From: Corallochytrium limacisporum Hawaii | Lineage: Eukaryota > Protista > Pluriformea | Direction: 5' to 3' | Assembly (NCBI GenBank): GCA_002811645.1 | Contig: PDIP01000047.1 | Location: 1-64,000, forward strand | DNA: 64,000 nucleotides | In this document: piece by piece, positions 30,583-41,866 of the stretch | Numbering within the stretch: the first letter of the stretch is position 1 | Layout: every line of letters begins with the position of its first letter | The notes under the pieces: model-generated | The model's input: only the letters and a program-made list of their open reading frames with translations | Databases searched by the model: none | What the model was told of the DNA's origin: nothing | Translations under genes and position numbers: made by a program

Positions 30583-33354
30583 ATGAGCGCGAGTCAACTC
30601 ATCTTACCGGTAGAAACCCGGGCGAACACAGGACACATTTGTGGATTTTGCCGAGACGTTGTGGCTGAGCTACAAGGTATGGGTACCAGCCCCGTGGAGC
30701 ACCCTCCTCCGCCGAATCCGGCTGCGTCAGATCACATGCCGGTGTCTGCACACGGCCTTAGCGATAGTGTCAGTCAGTCGACCCGCAGCAGAGAATCCAG
30801 CATGTCCTCTGCACGGAAACGCACTCTGAGTATGAATAGTGAAGCGTCTACTGTAGAGGAGCAGGGCCCTGCGAAATTACAGGAAGCTTGCCTATATCAC
30901 CTGGCACGGATCGTTGGCGAATCGGCGATGCCTATGGAGGCTATGGACTACATGGAAACAGAAGACCGCGAAGAGATGGACTCTCTGGTGCAAAGGAGCT
31001 TGGGTGGAAAGCTTCGGGAGATTTTCGTCAACGCGGAAATTGCGCAGGCCATCTTTGATCATTTGAGTGAGTCGGGTATGCTTAATGCATCAATTATTAC
31101 GCACGCATTTATTCCAGAGAACTGCTCACTGCATCGTGTGCAGATGATGGCCACGGGACTGAATCATGCAGCTCTGCGCACCATCTGTTCCCATCCACTG
31201 ACGACTCTCTGTTTGCCATTGCCGTCTCCTGGTTTCCCCAAGTTCGATGGTGCGTTCGCTTTGCAGGCCATGGTCGAGACGCGCGTGACTCTCCGCCACT
31301 TGTGCCTTGCCGGCTGCAGGCATATTCCTACCGACGCATTCGAATCCATTCAAGGGTTGAGCAATTTAGTTTACCTAGACCTCAGTGGAACTCAGGTGGA
31401 TGTTCGACAAATCCACAATCTGCCACATTTGCAGCACCTAAATCTGAATGCTGTTACAATTAATGAGAGCAGCCACCTCTTTGGCCTTGCACATAGGTGG
31501 ACCAGACCACAGCTGAAAACCCTCAGTCTGGCAAATACCTGGATCCACACCCAGATGTGGAAGTCTATTGAAGAATTCACCGGTTTAGAAATGCTCGATG
31601 TGACGGGGTCCGATGTGACCGTCTCCTTGATGTCCACCGTGATTTCTCGCGCGTTGCCAAACCTCAGATGGCTGGCCCTCAATGGCATCGGCATCGAAGA
31701 TGAGCATTTCCAGGCCATTGCCAACGGATGCCCCAAACTGCAGTTCGCGGGCTTGTGTCTAACGAGCATGAAGAGACCTTTTGTACGTGATGGTCTTGTT
31801 GTTGCTGGCCACAATTCCCTGCAGGAAATAAGAGCGGCCTTGGAAGTCTATCCCGCCGCTGCAGATTTCTGCTTTAATGCTCTGCGGCATCTGTTCTTCA
31901 TGTACCGGAGCCAGCCTCCAGAGACGGATCAAGGTGATGCGATGCGTGTTCTTCAGGCCATGCGCATTCACTTCCACAACACCACAGTAATGGTGGCTGC
32001 TAGTGCAAGCATGTTCCACTTGACGCGTCAAGGTATGGATGGCCAGGATCCGGAGGTTCGGAGGGCTGTGCTGGAGCTGCTCGTGGAAGGAATGCAGTAT
32101 CATGCAGGAAACCTGCAGTTCCAGAAGAATGCATGCCTCACATTGTACAACTTTATGATTTCTGGAGAGCTTGAATACTGCTACGAGCAACTTGCAAAGT
32201 TACTTATGGTAGCGGCTTTCAAGTTTAGTGATGTGGCAATCATTCGCATCAGCTTGAACTTGGTAAACTCTCTGGTGTGTCTCGGAGGACATCACAAACT
32301 AGTCATTGGACGAAGTGGCGTGATAGTTGATGTTCTGTGGTTGATCAATGACCGTATGCGCACGCCTGGTCTAGCTAGCGTCCTGGAGACCGCATGGAGT
32401 ATGTTGTGGAACATCACCGATGAAACACCAGAGAATTGTCATCTCTTCTTCAATGCCAATGGTATGGATAGCTTAATGGCTTGTATCCAGTCCTATCCCA
32501 GCGCAGAAACCATGATCCGCAATATGCTTGGCCTCTTAGGAAACATTGCCGAGGTCCCTGAACTGCGCCTGCGCCTCCTCACGAGTCCAGTCATGCCCAA
32601 TCTTCGTGAGTATCTGGAATCTGCATTCGATGGAATCGAAGTGTCCTACAATGCGTGCGGCATTCTGGCCAATCTCATGATGTTAAGTGATGATGAATGG
32701 CGCGACAATGGCTACTCCAAATCCGATGTGGCTGTTGATATGTACAAAGCCATTCGCCGCTGGCCCATTCTGCAGCACCGCAGTATCAACTACCGCTCCC
32801 TACTACCCATTCTGACCTTATGCCGCAGCGAGCAGCTGGCGGTGGCAACTTGGGCGCACTGGGCCATTGCCAACCTGTGCAGTGTGTACCCTTTCAAGTA
32901 TTGTGAGATCTTTTTGCGTGAGGCTGGGCGCGGTGATGGCACCATTGAGGGTGCATTTGCAGAATGGGTTGACCCATCTAGTCCTGGCAATCACGCCATG
33001 AACATGGCTGCAATGTCAGTGTCAGATACATTGGCTGCTGTGCAGAACGCGCGGGAGATAGAGAGTAGTACAACCTCGTCGAACGGATCAGGCTCGAATC
33101 GCCGGTCTTCGCAGCGGAGTACCTATCCGTTCGCAGGGCCTGAACAACTTGAAGGCAACGAGCAGTCGAATAACATGGCCAAGAAGATCCTCGAGGAGGA
33201 CATGGGCAGCAGTATGCCGGACGAGACACAGCAAGATCGGATGAAGCATATGGCGAGACTGTGCTTAGCGCTGCGCAAGATTGTGGCTCATATGTGTTCA
33301 TCTTATTTAAATGGAGAGCTTCAATGGCAAGAGGATCCCATGCCTTTGCTTTAA
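30583..33354 (+). CDS. ZER1: ZER1/ZYG11-family CRL2 substrate receptor (BC-box, LRRs, ARM repeats)
   Basis: PAKLQEACL BC-box-like, LRRs, ETAWSMLWNITDETPENC, RNMLGLLGNIAEV, DGIEVSYNACGIL, INYRS, WAHWAIANL..VYP.KYC. Confidence 0.9.
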   Translation: MSASQLILPVETRANTGHICGFCRDVVAELQGMGTSPVEHPPPPNPAASDHMPVSAHGLSDSVSQSTRSRESSMSSARKRTLSMNSEASTVEEQGPAKLQEACLYHLARIVGESAMPMEAMDYMETEDREEMDSLVQRSLGGKLREIFVNAEIAQAIFDHLSESGMLNASIITHAFIPENCSLHRVQMMATGLNHAALRTICSHPLTTLCLPLPSPGFPKFDGAFALQAMVETRVTLRHLCLAGCRHIPTDAFESIQGLSNLVYLDLSGTQVDVRQIHNLPHLQHLNLNAVTINESSHLFGLAHRWTRPQLKTLSLANTWIHTQMWKSIEEFTGLEMLDVTGSDVTVSLMSTVISRALPNLRWLALNGIGIEDEHFQAIANGCPKLQFAGLCLTSMKRPFVRDGLVVAGHNSLQEIRAALEVYPAAADFCFNALRHLFFMYRSQPPETDQGDAMRVLQAMRIHFHNTTVMVAASASMFHLTRQGMDGQDPEVRRAVLELLVEGMQYHAGNLQFQKNACLTLYNFMISGELEYCYEQLAKLLMVAAFKFSDVAIIRISLNLVNSLVCLGGHHKLVIGRSGVIVDVLWLINDRMRTPGLASVLETAWSMLWNITDETPENCHLFFNANGMDSLMACIQSYPSAETMIRNMLGLLGNIAEVPELRLRLLTSPVMPNLREYLESAFDGIEVSYNACGILANLMMLSDDEWRDNGYSKSDVAVDMYKAIRRWPILQHRSINYRSLLPILTLCRSEQLAVATWAHWAIANLCSVYPFKYCEIFLREAGRGDGTIEGAFAEWVDPSSPGNHAMNMAAMSVSDTLAAVQNAREIESSTTSSNGSGSNRRSSQRSTYPFAGPEQLEGNEQSNNMAKKILEEDMGSSMPDETQQDRMKHMARLCLALRKIVAHMCSSYLNGELQWQEDPMPLL

Positions 33355-33406
33355 ATGTTTTAGATATTGAACAAATCCTCTCTATTGTGCCTTGTTTCGG
33401 GCGGCT

Positions 33407-35960
33407 TTACTCGTTGTCGTTGGATTTCAGGATTGAGCTGCGGAAGATTTCGGACATAATCTTGGGTAGGTCTTGAGTGTTCATGCACACAAAGGCGCGG
33501 CCAGTGGGCAACGAACGGCGCAGTTTCTCAGCCTGGTCACCAATAGTACCAATGAAGATGACTACAGCGTTCACCTTAGATTCCGAGTCCATGATTTTGG
33601 TAAGCTGTTGAGGGTGGATGCCGTAGCGGTCTAGGTTGGCATCTGAGATAAGGCACACAAAGGATTCATCTGCCTCTTTCTGTGCCATCTCGTTGATGGA
33701 TTGTTTTAGAGCCTCAACTGTATGATCACCGCTCATGCAGAACTGGGAATGTGCCTGCATCTCTAAGAGGACGTCCATCCTATCTTTCTTGTTCTTGGGC
33801 TCCTTTCCTTCAGGCACGAGGGGGATACTCGGGCTGTCGCCGCTGTGCCCAACAATCTCGTATTTGAATCGGTCACCAGTATCTTGTAGAGACTCCATGA
33901 CCATCAAAGCCGTTTCCATTGCACGGGACAATCGGTTATCCATACCGTTGAAGCGGTACATGGAGCCAGAGCAGTCCATGACCAGGCGCATACGCTTCGG
34001 ATGTTTCATGGTTACGCCGAACTCGGGCTGCTCATACCCACGCCGCTTGTAGATGCTGGACTCTCCGGTCAGACCTTCGATCAAGCGGTTATCATCAAGG
34101 TCACCATCACTCTGGTTCTTGAGCCACACGCGATCCTGACCCTTGGCTTGCAGGGCCTGTACGATGGCACGCAGCTCCTTAGTTTGCTTCTTGATGCCTT
34201 CAGCAAATTGTTCGTACTGGCGATTGTCAAAATCGCTCATCTTGATCTCCTTAAGCCGATCGGCCAAGGCCTTTTCGCCCATGGCGCGGGCTGCGCGGGC
34301 CACCTCTTCAGGCACCTGCGCCTTCTCTTCATCAGAGAGCTGGTATACATCGTGACCAAGATCCAGACGATAAGGACCACCCTTGCCACCGAGACCGGCA
34401 GTGTCACGACCTCCCGTGCCACCCGCCCATTGGTTGCCCCCAACGTGCGGCTTATTCTCCTTATCGACCTTGCCGTGTTTCGGGTCTTTCACATCCAGGC
34501 CAGAGTTACGATCGTGCTCTATGCGCAGCTTGCCATTCTCCTGCATCATCTTTTCCGGGTTGCCCATCATTTGCTGCCACTGCTCCAGGCTTAGCTGGAG
34601 GTTGGGCACGTAAGTTTGCCAGCAGCGGATATGACCATCGATATCAACAGTGGCAAGGTTGCCGCTGGCTAATCCAAGCATGTGGATCACAGGCACCTCA
34701 CGGGCGAGTGCACGGGCGTAATAAGGCCGGTCTACAGGGGGACCACGCGGGACGGCAATGGTCTTGGTAGTAATGCGCACTAGATCGTTGACTTCCATGG
34801 CGCAGACATACGCATGTTTCTGGGACACCACATCTTCGACTTCAGCGCTGACGCGATGGACAACCTGGTTCGTCTTGGACATGAACAGGGAGGAGTGCGG
34901 GTCCATCTCGATGCGGCCTGAACGGGGAATGGAGTGCAGTTCCACTTTCTCATTACTGAAGAGACGCTGCGGCATGCCCTGTGCAATGTAGGCGTAGGAA
35001 TCCGCAGTGGCAAAGGTTTGCACATCAGGGACATTGACTGTGGCTTGCATATCGATCTCACCATTCGGAAGACGGGAAAGTTGCAGAGCCGTGGTGCTCA
35101 TCTGTCCAGAGCTCAGGGCGGAGTACATCTCCTCGTTGGGGAAACCTTCCAAGAGCTGCAAAACCTCAGGAACACTTGTCAGGCTTTCGTCATCACGGCG
35201 GCGATGGAACAACCAGTGTTGATTCTCAGTGTCCCGAATCACCATGTGACCCTGATCAAGGCAGTCAATGCGTTCAGCAGCAAACGGGAGGGTCATGGAG
35301 TATGTGGCACCCTCGGTGAGGTCGACTACTGCCAATTCCTTACTGAACTGGCTATAGATCATGAGGGATCCAGATCCGGGGACAGGTTTGGCTGTGAACA
35401 CCGGTTCGTCCGAATTGTGGCGACCAAAGGCAGCGTTAAAGTGGGAAGCAGCCTCATTGAAGACCCCCTGGCTCACCGAACAACGGCGCATTGTGCCGGC
35501 ACTGGTGTCCAGGAGAAGAAGGGAGTTTTCTTCCGCGTCGTGGATGCAAATGTGGTTGCTCATAATCCCGTCCGGGGCCACCAACCTGAGTGACGGAATG
35601 AAGAACGGCGAAGAATGAGGGAAGAAGTCTTGTAGAGAGTAGGTGGTGAGTTCGCGATGCTTGTCATTTATCTGCCACAAGGTGACAGGCTGGCCGCCGA
35701 GCACATAGAAGGCATCTGTAGCCGACGATGACGCCGCGCTGAGTGGCAGATTGGTGTTGTCGAAGGGTAGGGACCAGCGGTACATTTCTTCAGCAAAACC
35801 GACACCACGGCAGTCTTGGCGGTCAATCTCAGAGGAGGTTTGGCTGACCAAGACCGGCTGGCTCATCTCCAAAGGCTTCTTGATGGCCGGTACCTTAAAG
35901 CTACGGGCCATGGGGCTCAGAGAGACAGTGCCCACTCGAATAGTTGCGGGAAGGTTACGC
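33407..35960 (-). CDS. VWA8: VWA8 exon 2 (C-terminal region and vWA domain)
   Basis: PKHGKVD..N.PHVGGNQWAGGTGGRDTAGLGGKGGPYRLD, MIDAS DCSGSM, HSQFCMSGDHT, SDANLDRYGI. Confidence 0.95.
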
Positions 35961-36496
35961 CTGTGATGAGGAAAAACAATCGGCACAAAGCGAGCAGAGT
36001 CGAGTTAGTAAAATCTACCGCGAAAGACCAGAGTGGCTTGATCGCCAATTACATCGACTACACTTAAACTTGACTATATCACAGAGGTGAACAATCATGT
36101 ACACAACTGGAAGACAATACCATGACAAAGATGACAGTGATGGAGGTCTCGAGAGAACTGATGCCATAAGTGATCGGGAATGCTTGCTTTGCGTCAATGA
36201 GGGATTGTCAGTCTGCGGATGTGCTCGATGATAAGTGAACATGTCCCTGTTCCCGATAACTGTGGCAACCCCGTTCTCATCTTTACACCCACCTGTCAAT
36301 GAATCCTTGTCATCGGCTGTCCTCCTGCTGCAGTCCTTACGACGTTCACATCCTGTGACCTTCGCTCTATTCATGAAATTCATATGATAAGCAGCACCGC
36401 AAACTTTTTCCGTCCCGTGCATCCCCGAAGGCATCAGAGGTCTCCGTCCAGTTGAATGCTGTGTAGCGATTTTGCAAAGGAACAATAAATACTTAC
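35961..36496 (-). other. 536-nt phase-2 spliceosomal intron of VWA8
   Basis: donor GA|GTAAGT at 36496, branch TACTAAC at 36010-36004, polypyrimidine and CAG acceptor at 35961; splicing joins the two ORFs in frame (5817 nt, 1938 aa). Confidence 0.93.
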
Positions 36497-39400
36497 TCAG
36501 GTGCCAGACTAATGTCGTTGGCAGTGGCAACCAAAGGAATGCCATGTTTTACCAGTGTCGAAATGAATACTTCACGGACGTCCTTGTCGTATGCATCAAA
36601 GTCAAATACATTGCGCATGACGACGCCGACGTTCTCGTCGGGAAACTCTTGCAAATGCCGGACGACATTCACCAGCTCACGAGTACTGTAAGGATACTGT
36701 AGGCTTCCCTCGTCCACCATCTTGCGAAGGTCGTCGAATGCCAGGCTGAGTTTCTCTAGGATGTGAGTAGGCACGTTGGGACCATACTTCTTCAGCATGC
36801 TTATCTCAGACGCCAGATCTGGGTTGTCAACAGCGTGGCAACTAAAGATGTCACCCATGGCCGCAAAGAAATCGTTACCCAGGAAGGGGAAACCAGGGCG
36901 GTTTGCCAAAATGAACATGCGGAACTCAGGATGAATGCGAATAACGCCGTGCTCTGGCTCGGTTTGATCTGTGTTGTGGAATGCATGACTTGCATAGATC
37001 TTGCGACCATCACTCAGCAGCATTTCTCCAGACTCGACCAGAGTCTTCAAAATGCAGGTCACGTTCGTGGGGGCTTTATCAGCTTCGTCCACGACCAGAA
37101 TGTGTCCATACGTCACAGCGCGGACCAGTGCACTGTCCTCATATGTCAGAACACCATCCTTGACGCTGGGTTGAAGAGTCAGAGTTTGCACTGTGGTGTC
37201 ACGATGAAGCTGAAGGTACTCACGGGGCTGGTTGAGAACCTGAAGGAAACGATCAACCAGCTTGTTCTTACCGACTCCCTGGTTTCCAATCAGCAGCAGG
37301 TGATCGCCAAGGTTGAAGTCCTGAAGCATTTCCTCGAGGACACGCATATGCTGGTCATTTTCGTAAAACAGGATATCTGGGACAAGGGCAGGGGCAGTAT
37401 TCTGCCGGATCTCCCCAACAGTGCGACCAATCTTAGCATACTTCTTGCCATCCCGGTCCACGTATTCAATGCTTGAAGAATGTCCTGCGTTGCCGCCCAC
37501 AAATGCAGCTGCTTTCTCAGATCCTTTCTTAGTCGGAGCTGGAGTGATGTGCTGTTCCTCCAGAAGCTTCTCCAAAGACTCGCGGGCCATAGAGGGTAGG
37601 AAACGGCTCAAGCAAGCACGATGAATCGACGTGTACAACAGGCCCGCACCCTGGTCCTGGTATGACGCCAGGGCCTTGGATATGCGGATCAGCTGGCGAG
37701 TGGACAGAGACTGGCTGATGGAAGACAATGAAGGGTCCTGTGTCTGACGGATTTCCTGGACAAAGTTCAAAAGCTTGTCGAGTTGCTTTTGAGGCACGTT
37801 CGGCACAGCTCCTTGTAGCACGACCTGTTCCTCAGAGATACTCAATGTGCGCATCTGGTGGTACATGAACATACTTAGAATCTCGCTACTCAACCAGCTT
37901 GTGCCACTACTCGATGGCGGCTCACTCAAAGCGACAATGCGGAACGACGGGTGAATCCTCATAATTCCACGCTCGTTCATTCCCATATCATTCAGACCAT
38001 ATCGGTCTTTGATAGCTTCGTAGCGGTCCGGTCCCATCAGACGCTTACCCTCGAACAGAACAAGTTCCCGATCTTGTACCAGTCGCTGCAAAACGGTGAA
38101 GGTACCGTGGTTGATACGGTGAATCCCGTCTAGAACACACAGAGAACCTTCCAGTGCAGACATGACCAAGGGACTGTATCGCCAATAGGTGTCTCCATTG
38201 GGCTTTGTCGCACGCTGTTGTAGCAAATCACGAGCAGTCATGTCATTGTAGAGCATGACTGGTTCCACATTGTATCCCAAAGTTCCGGCGAAATGGTTGA
38301 CCATTGCACTCTTACCACAACCGCGAGGCCCGATCACAGCAAAGTCGCCAACGGCATGGGTCATGATCATGTCTGCCATCATGCGCTGGTGGAAAGCGGT
38401 CTCAATGAATGGTTCTGCTGCAGGAGGGAAAGTAGAGTTAGGTCCACCTGGAACAGTGATCCCAATGTCTTCGCCGCCCTTTTTGTTCTTGAAGACAACC
38501 TTAGCAGCGCGTTCCTCATTGCCAAGGCGCTGTACATCACCAATAAGATAAGATCCTTCGTTACGAGTGCTCAGACCCAGGGACTGGGCTGCACCCTCTA
38601 CAATATCCCGGTCCTGCTGTCCAACAGTAGATTCAATGGGATACGAGAACCGTGCCAGTTGCAACGGGTCAACGGCCGGGAACTTCTTGGCAACTGTCGC
38701 CAGCAGGTCCATATTGTCCATCGGGAATTCGCTCATGCGTACCATTTGGCTCGTATCAGCAGCCTGGATGGCGCTGGCGAACTTCAGAGCACTCTCAACT
38801 GCCTCTGCACTCTTTGTACCCTGACCTCCAGCGACATTGTGGCACATCTCCAAAAGTTCACCATAAGGTGGGGTCGTAATGTCGCGTGCCTGGAAGCGTG
38901 AGCGAAGTGGAGGATCAAGGGGGTTGCCACGGAAGCGGGGTACGGGCAGGCCCAAAGCAATGACACGGAAACGCTCACTCACACGAACCAGCTTCATGGC
39001 TTCGAGTTCCTTGGGATCGTGATCTTCCAAAAGTTTGTCGAAACGTTCTGGAGCCACTAGGAAGCGACCGTCTTCGAGTCGCATCTCGCGGTTCTCCAGC
39101 AGGTTGTTGAGAATGGGCAGCACATTGCGCTCAGCCTTTTCAATGCCTTCAAGGATGAGTACACGACCTTCCAGAGCAGCCTTCACTGCTGCCTGGTCCA
39201 TATAGTAGGCAGTTGAGGAAATAATCTCACGGCGCTGCTTAATATCAGCCTCTGTGGTATCTCTGCATAAGCTGATATACTCGACTTCACGTTGCGTCAG
39301 CTCACAGAATTTCAGAGCCAAACGTCGTCGGCGAGGGCCCGGAGGACCCACAAGGAAAATATCCTGGCCCAGTAGATCTTTCTGCATCATCCATCGGAGG

Positions 39401-39759
39401 TGCATCAAATCGGTCTGCTTTTCAGAGCCGCTGGCAGCCTCATTTTCAAGGTAACTAATAGGCGCCAGTTCAGGGTATTTTGGTTCACGAATCTCCAGGG
39501 TTACATCACCAATGGACACAGTGCGGGGTGGCTGTCCGTTGCCACCTGAACCACCGTTGGAACCACCGTTGGAACCACCGCCAGCTGCGGACATGCCGCC
39601 TGATGACGATGACAGCATTGCTGATCCCCCAATGACTCCACTACCTGCACCGACACCCGAAGACACATAGGCACGAGTAAGGTTCCCAGTGCTCATCAGC
39701 GGTCGCACCATTGCATTTTGGAGGCGTCGAACCACCCCAGCTGATGCTTGAGCTAGCAT
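36497..39759 (-). CDS. VWA8: VWA8 exon 1 (three MoxR/dynein-related AAA modules, mitochondrial-like presequence)
   Basis: HLRWMMQKDLLGQDIFL, AERNVLPILNNLLENREM, GPRGCGKS, GNQGVGKN, YPYSTRELV. Confidence 0.95.
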
Positions 39760-39868
39760 ATCTGGATTGTCAGTCGTGGCCTGAACCGGCTCGTCGAGAG
39801 CGGTTTGCAGGCTTTGATCTGGCTGTACAGAAATTTTTGAAGGTTTGCTACCGCGTCCTAATCACTAT

Positions 39869-40245
39869 CTGTTCAGATTAGTGCATTGAGTTGGGTTCGA
39901 GATCTATACCCGGTGGCCTCTTCTAAATTAGGAACACCAATCGCACGGTGCTGAACCATTGCTATAAATAGTGTTGCTGAGATTAAGTACCTCAAGTAGG
40001 ACCCATTTGAGTAGCGGTGGTAATGTCCTACTTCGTGCACACTCCTGTGCTCGCTTTAGGACTGAGCAAGCCGGCAAGAATCTATTTCTGCTACGCTCTG
40101 GATCAGTGGAGATGTCCAGTTTCTTCTTGACCACGACACACTTTCGGACTCAACTGATAGTCAGGTGATATGGTCTGCGAAGATCTCAAACCGGCAAGAC
40201 TGCGTCCGCAGAACAGTTCGACAGCCCCCGGCGAGCACCACCCAC
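39869..40245 (-). other. candidate 5'UTR intron of VWA8 containing a long fold-back
   Basis: GTGGGT at 40245, 12-bp closing stem 40192-40181/39905-39894, CACTAAT at 39883-39877, AACAG ending 39869. Confidence 0.5.
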
Positions 40246-40518
40246 CGGCAGGTCCACACCCCCCCCCCAAGGCAGGGTCATGAGTCGTCCTAATTTCCTT
40301 CCCTCCCTTGGTGACTCTTCGGTCACCAGCCGCTCGGTACTCTCAGTACTGAGCCGGTGGGGAAGTAGCTATTTTTAGCTGGAACCTACGGTGAGATTGG
40401 TACCACGGTACTAAATGTATGGAAACCTATCCAGTCCCAAACTGATATAGAAAGACTACTGGCCATGTGACAAACAAAATCAATAATTAGTTTTTAAAAT
40501 CAAGTCATTACTTATTTT

Positions 40519-41283
40519 TTATATCTCAGCGGCGCTACTGCTCCCTGGGTCATCGTCCTGAGTGCTGTGGTCACTGGCATTGTCCTCGCTCATCCTGGAA
40601 GATTTCTCTGCCTCGGTCTCGTTTGCGGGTGATGAAAGTTCTTCTCTGTTTTCCTTATCGGCCATTTTGTCATCGTCACCTTCTGAATCTGTTATCTCAA
40701 CGGGCTCCAGAGCTAGTTCTTCATCGTCAGAATCGTCGCCGACGGGTTCGTCTCCTGCGACTGGAGCGCCCATTGTCCGAGAGATTGGTTTGAGAAGATC
40801 ACGCATGTGGCCACGAGTAAGTAGAGCTACAGCCACCAAAGAATGGCCGCACAGAAGGCCGCCTACGGCATCTTGTTCAGTGTCATTCATAATCTTGAAC
40901 GCGTGGTCGTTGATTTTCTGCATCAATTCTCTGTCAGGAGGATCATCCACTGCCACAGAGATCGGTAGACTACCTTCCATGCCCCCAAGCTTCTTTGCGT
41001 CCCCGTTCCAGTCGCGTAGTGCCCGGACATACTTGCCGACCTCACGACGTCGGAAATTCGTGGACACAGAGGTCACAAACTCGCTCGCTTCGCGCGCGTT
41101 GCTTTTTCCTGTGGGGACGTCCTTACGGGGTGTTTGTGCTGGAGTAACGATCTGTACTTCTCCATCTTCGTCTTCGATGATCTGTGTATCCAATTGGGAT
41201 CTGCGCTGTCGTTGTTTCTTTGAAGGGTCACTAGTGGCACTGTATGTGCCGCCAACCGCTTGAATCTTTCGCTTTCGCGGCAT
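40519..41283 (-). CDS. hypothetical protein with basic N-terminus (NLS-like PRKRK) and acidic tail
   Basis: 254-aa ATG ORF with an AT-rich 3' flank; no family recognised. Confidence 0.7.
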   Translation of the reverse strand: MPRKRKIQAVGGTYSATSDPSKKQRQRRSQLDTQIIEDEDGEVQIVTPAQTPRKDVPTGKSNAREASEFVTSVSTNFRRREVGKYVRALRDWNGDAKKLGGMEGSLPISVAVDDPPDRELMQKINDHAFKIMNDTEQDAVGGLLCGHSLVAVALLTRGHMRDLLKPISRTMGAPVAGDEPVGDDSDDEELALEPVEITDSEGDDDKMADKENREELSSPANETEAEKSSRMSEDNASDHSTQDDDPGSSSAAEI

Positions 41284-41866
41284 GTGTATTCGGTTTTCTC
41301 ATGTCATGCTTGATCCAGATCAATAGTATTTCATGACATTGCGTTTCATCTTAAACCACCTTGATGTCAGCTAAGCCTGGCACTGCGCCATAAGAAATAC
41401 ATCTTCGTCGGAATAGCCATGGTTCGGCTGTTCGCTGTCCCCGTTTTCTTCGCGGGCCCTCCACACACCCCCGCACCCTTCCCCGGGTGGGGGGGTCCTT
41501 CAACAGGGAAAGCTGTGCGAAGGGCGATGGCTGGGTACGGAGAACTCGGAGTCGAAATTGGTCTTTACGCAGGTTTGGAGAACTCCCCCCGTCCCTCTTC
41601 CCGGCCTGGTTTGCGCGCGAGAACTCGGGCCAGTGGGCATGGACCGGGAGAGTGGCTCGGGGAGCGCTTTGCGGCCCAGGGATACGGAAACATAGGCCGG
41701 GTTCCGAGTGGGCCTGACGACGAGGGAGGTGAGAACAGGCCAAAGCCGCGCAGAAGACATTCAAAAAGGTACTTGAAACTTGATAAATTTCGTCTTAGAC
41801 ATCCTCCTAAACTGTCAATGCAAAAAAGTTGAGAGACAGGTGACAAACTGAAGATGCCATAAGGAG

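Noticed and set aside
36079-36358. SRP RNA, RNase P/MRP or TPP riboswitch as the identity of the intronic rod
   Set aside because: No GNRA/AGCAG helix-8 motif, no convincing CR-I/CR-V pair, no CUGAGA riboswitch core
36015-36545. 176-aa ORF across the VWA8 intron (possible extra exon or nested gene)
   Set aside because: No homology; canonical splice signals join the flanking exons in frame without it
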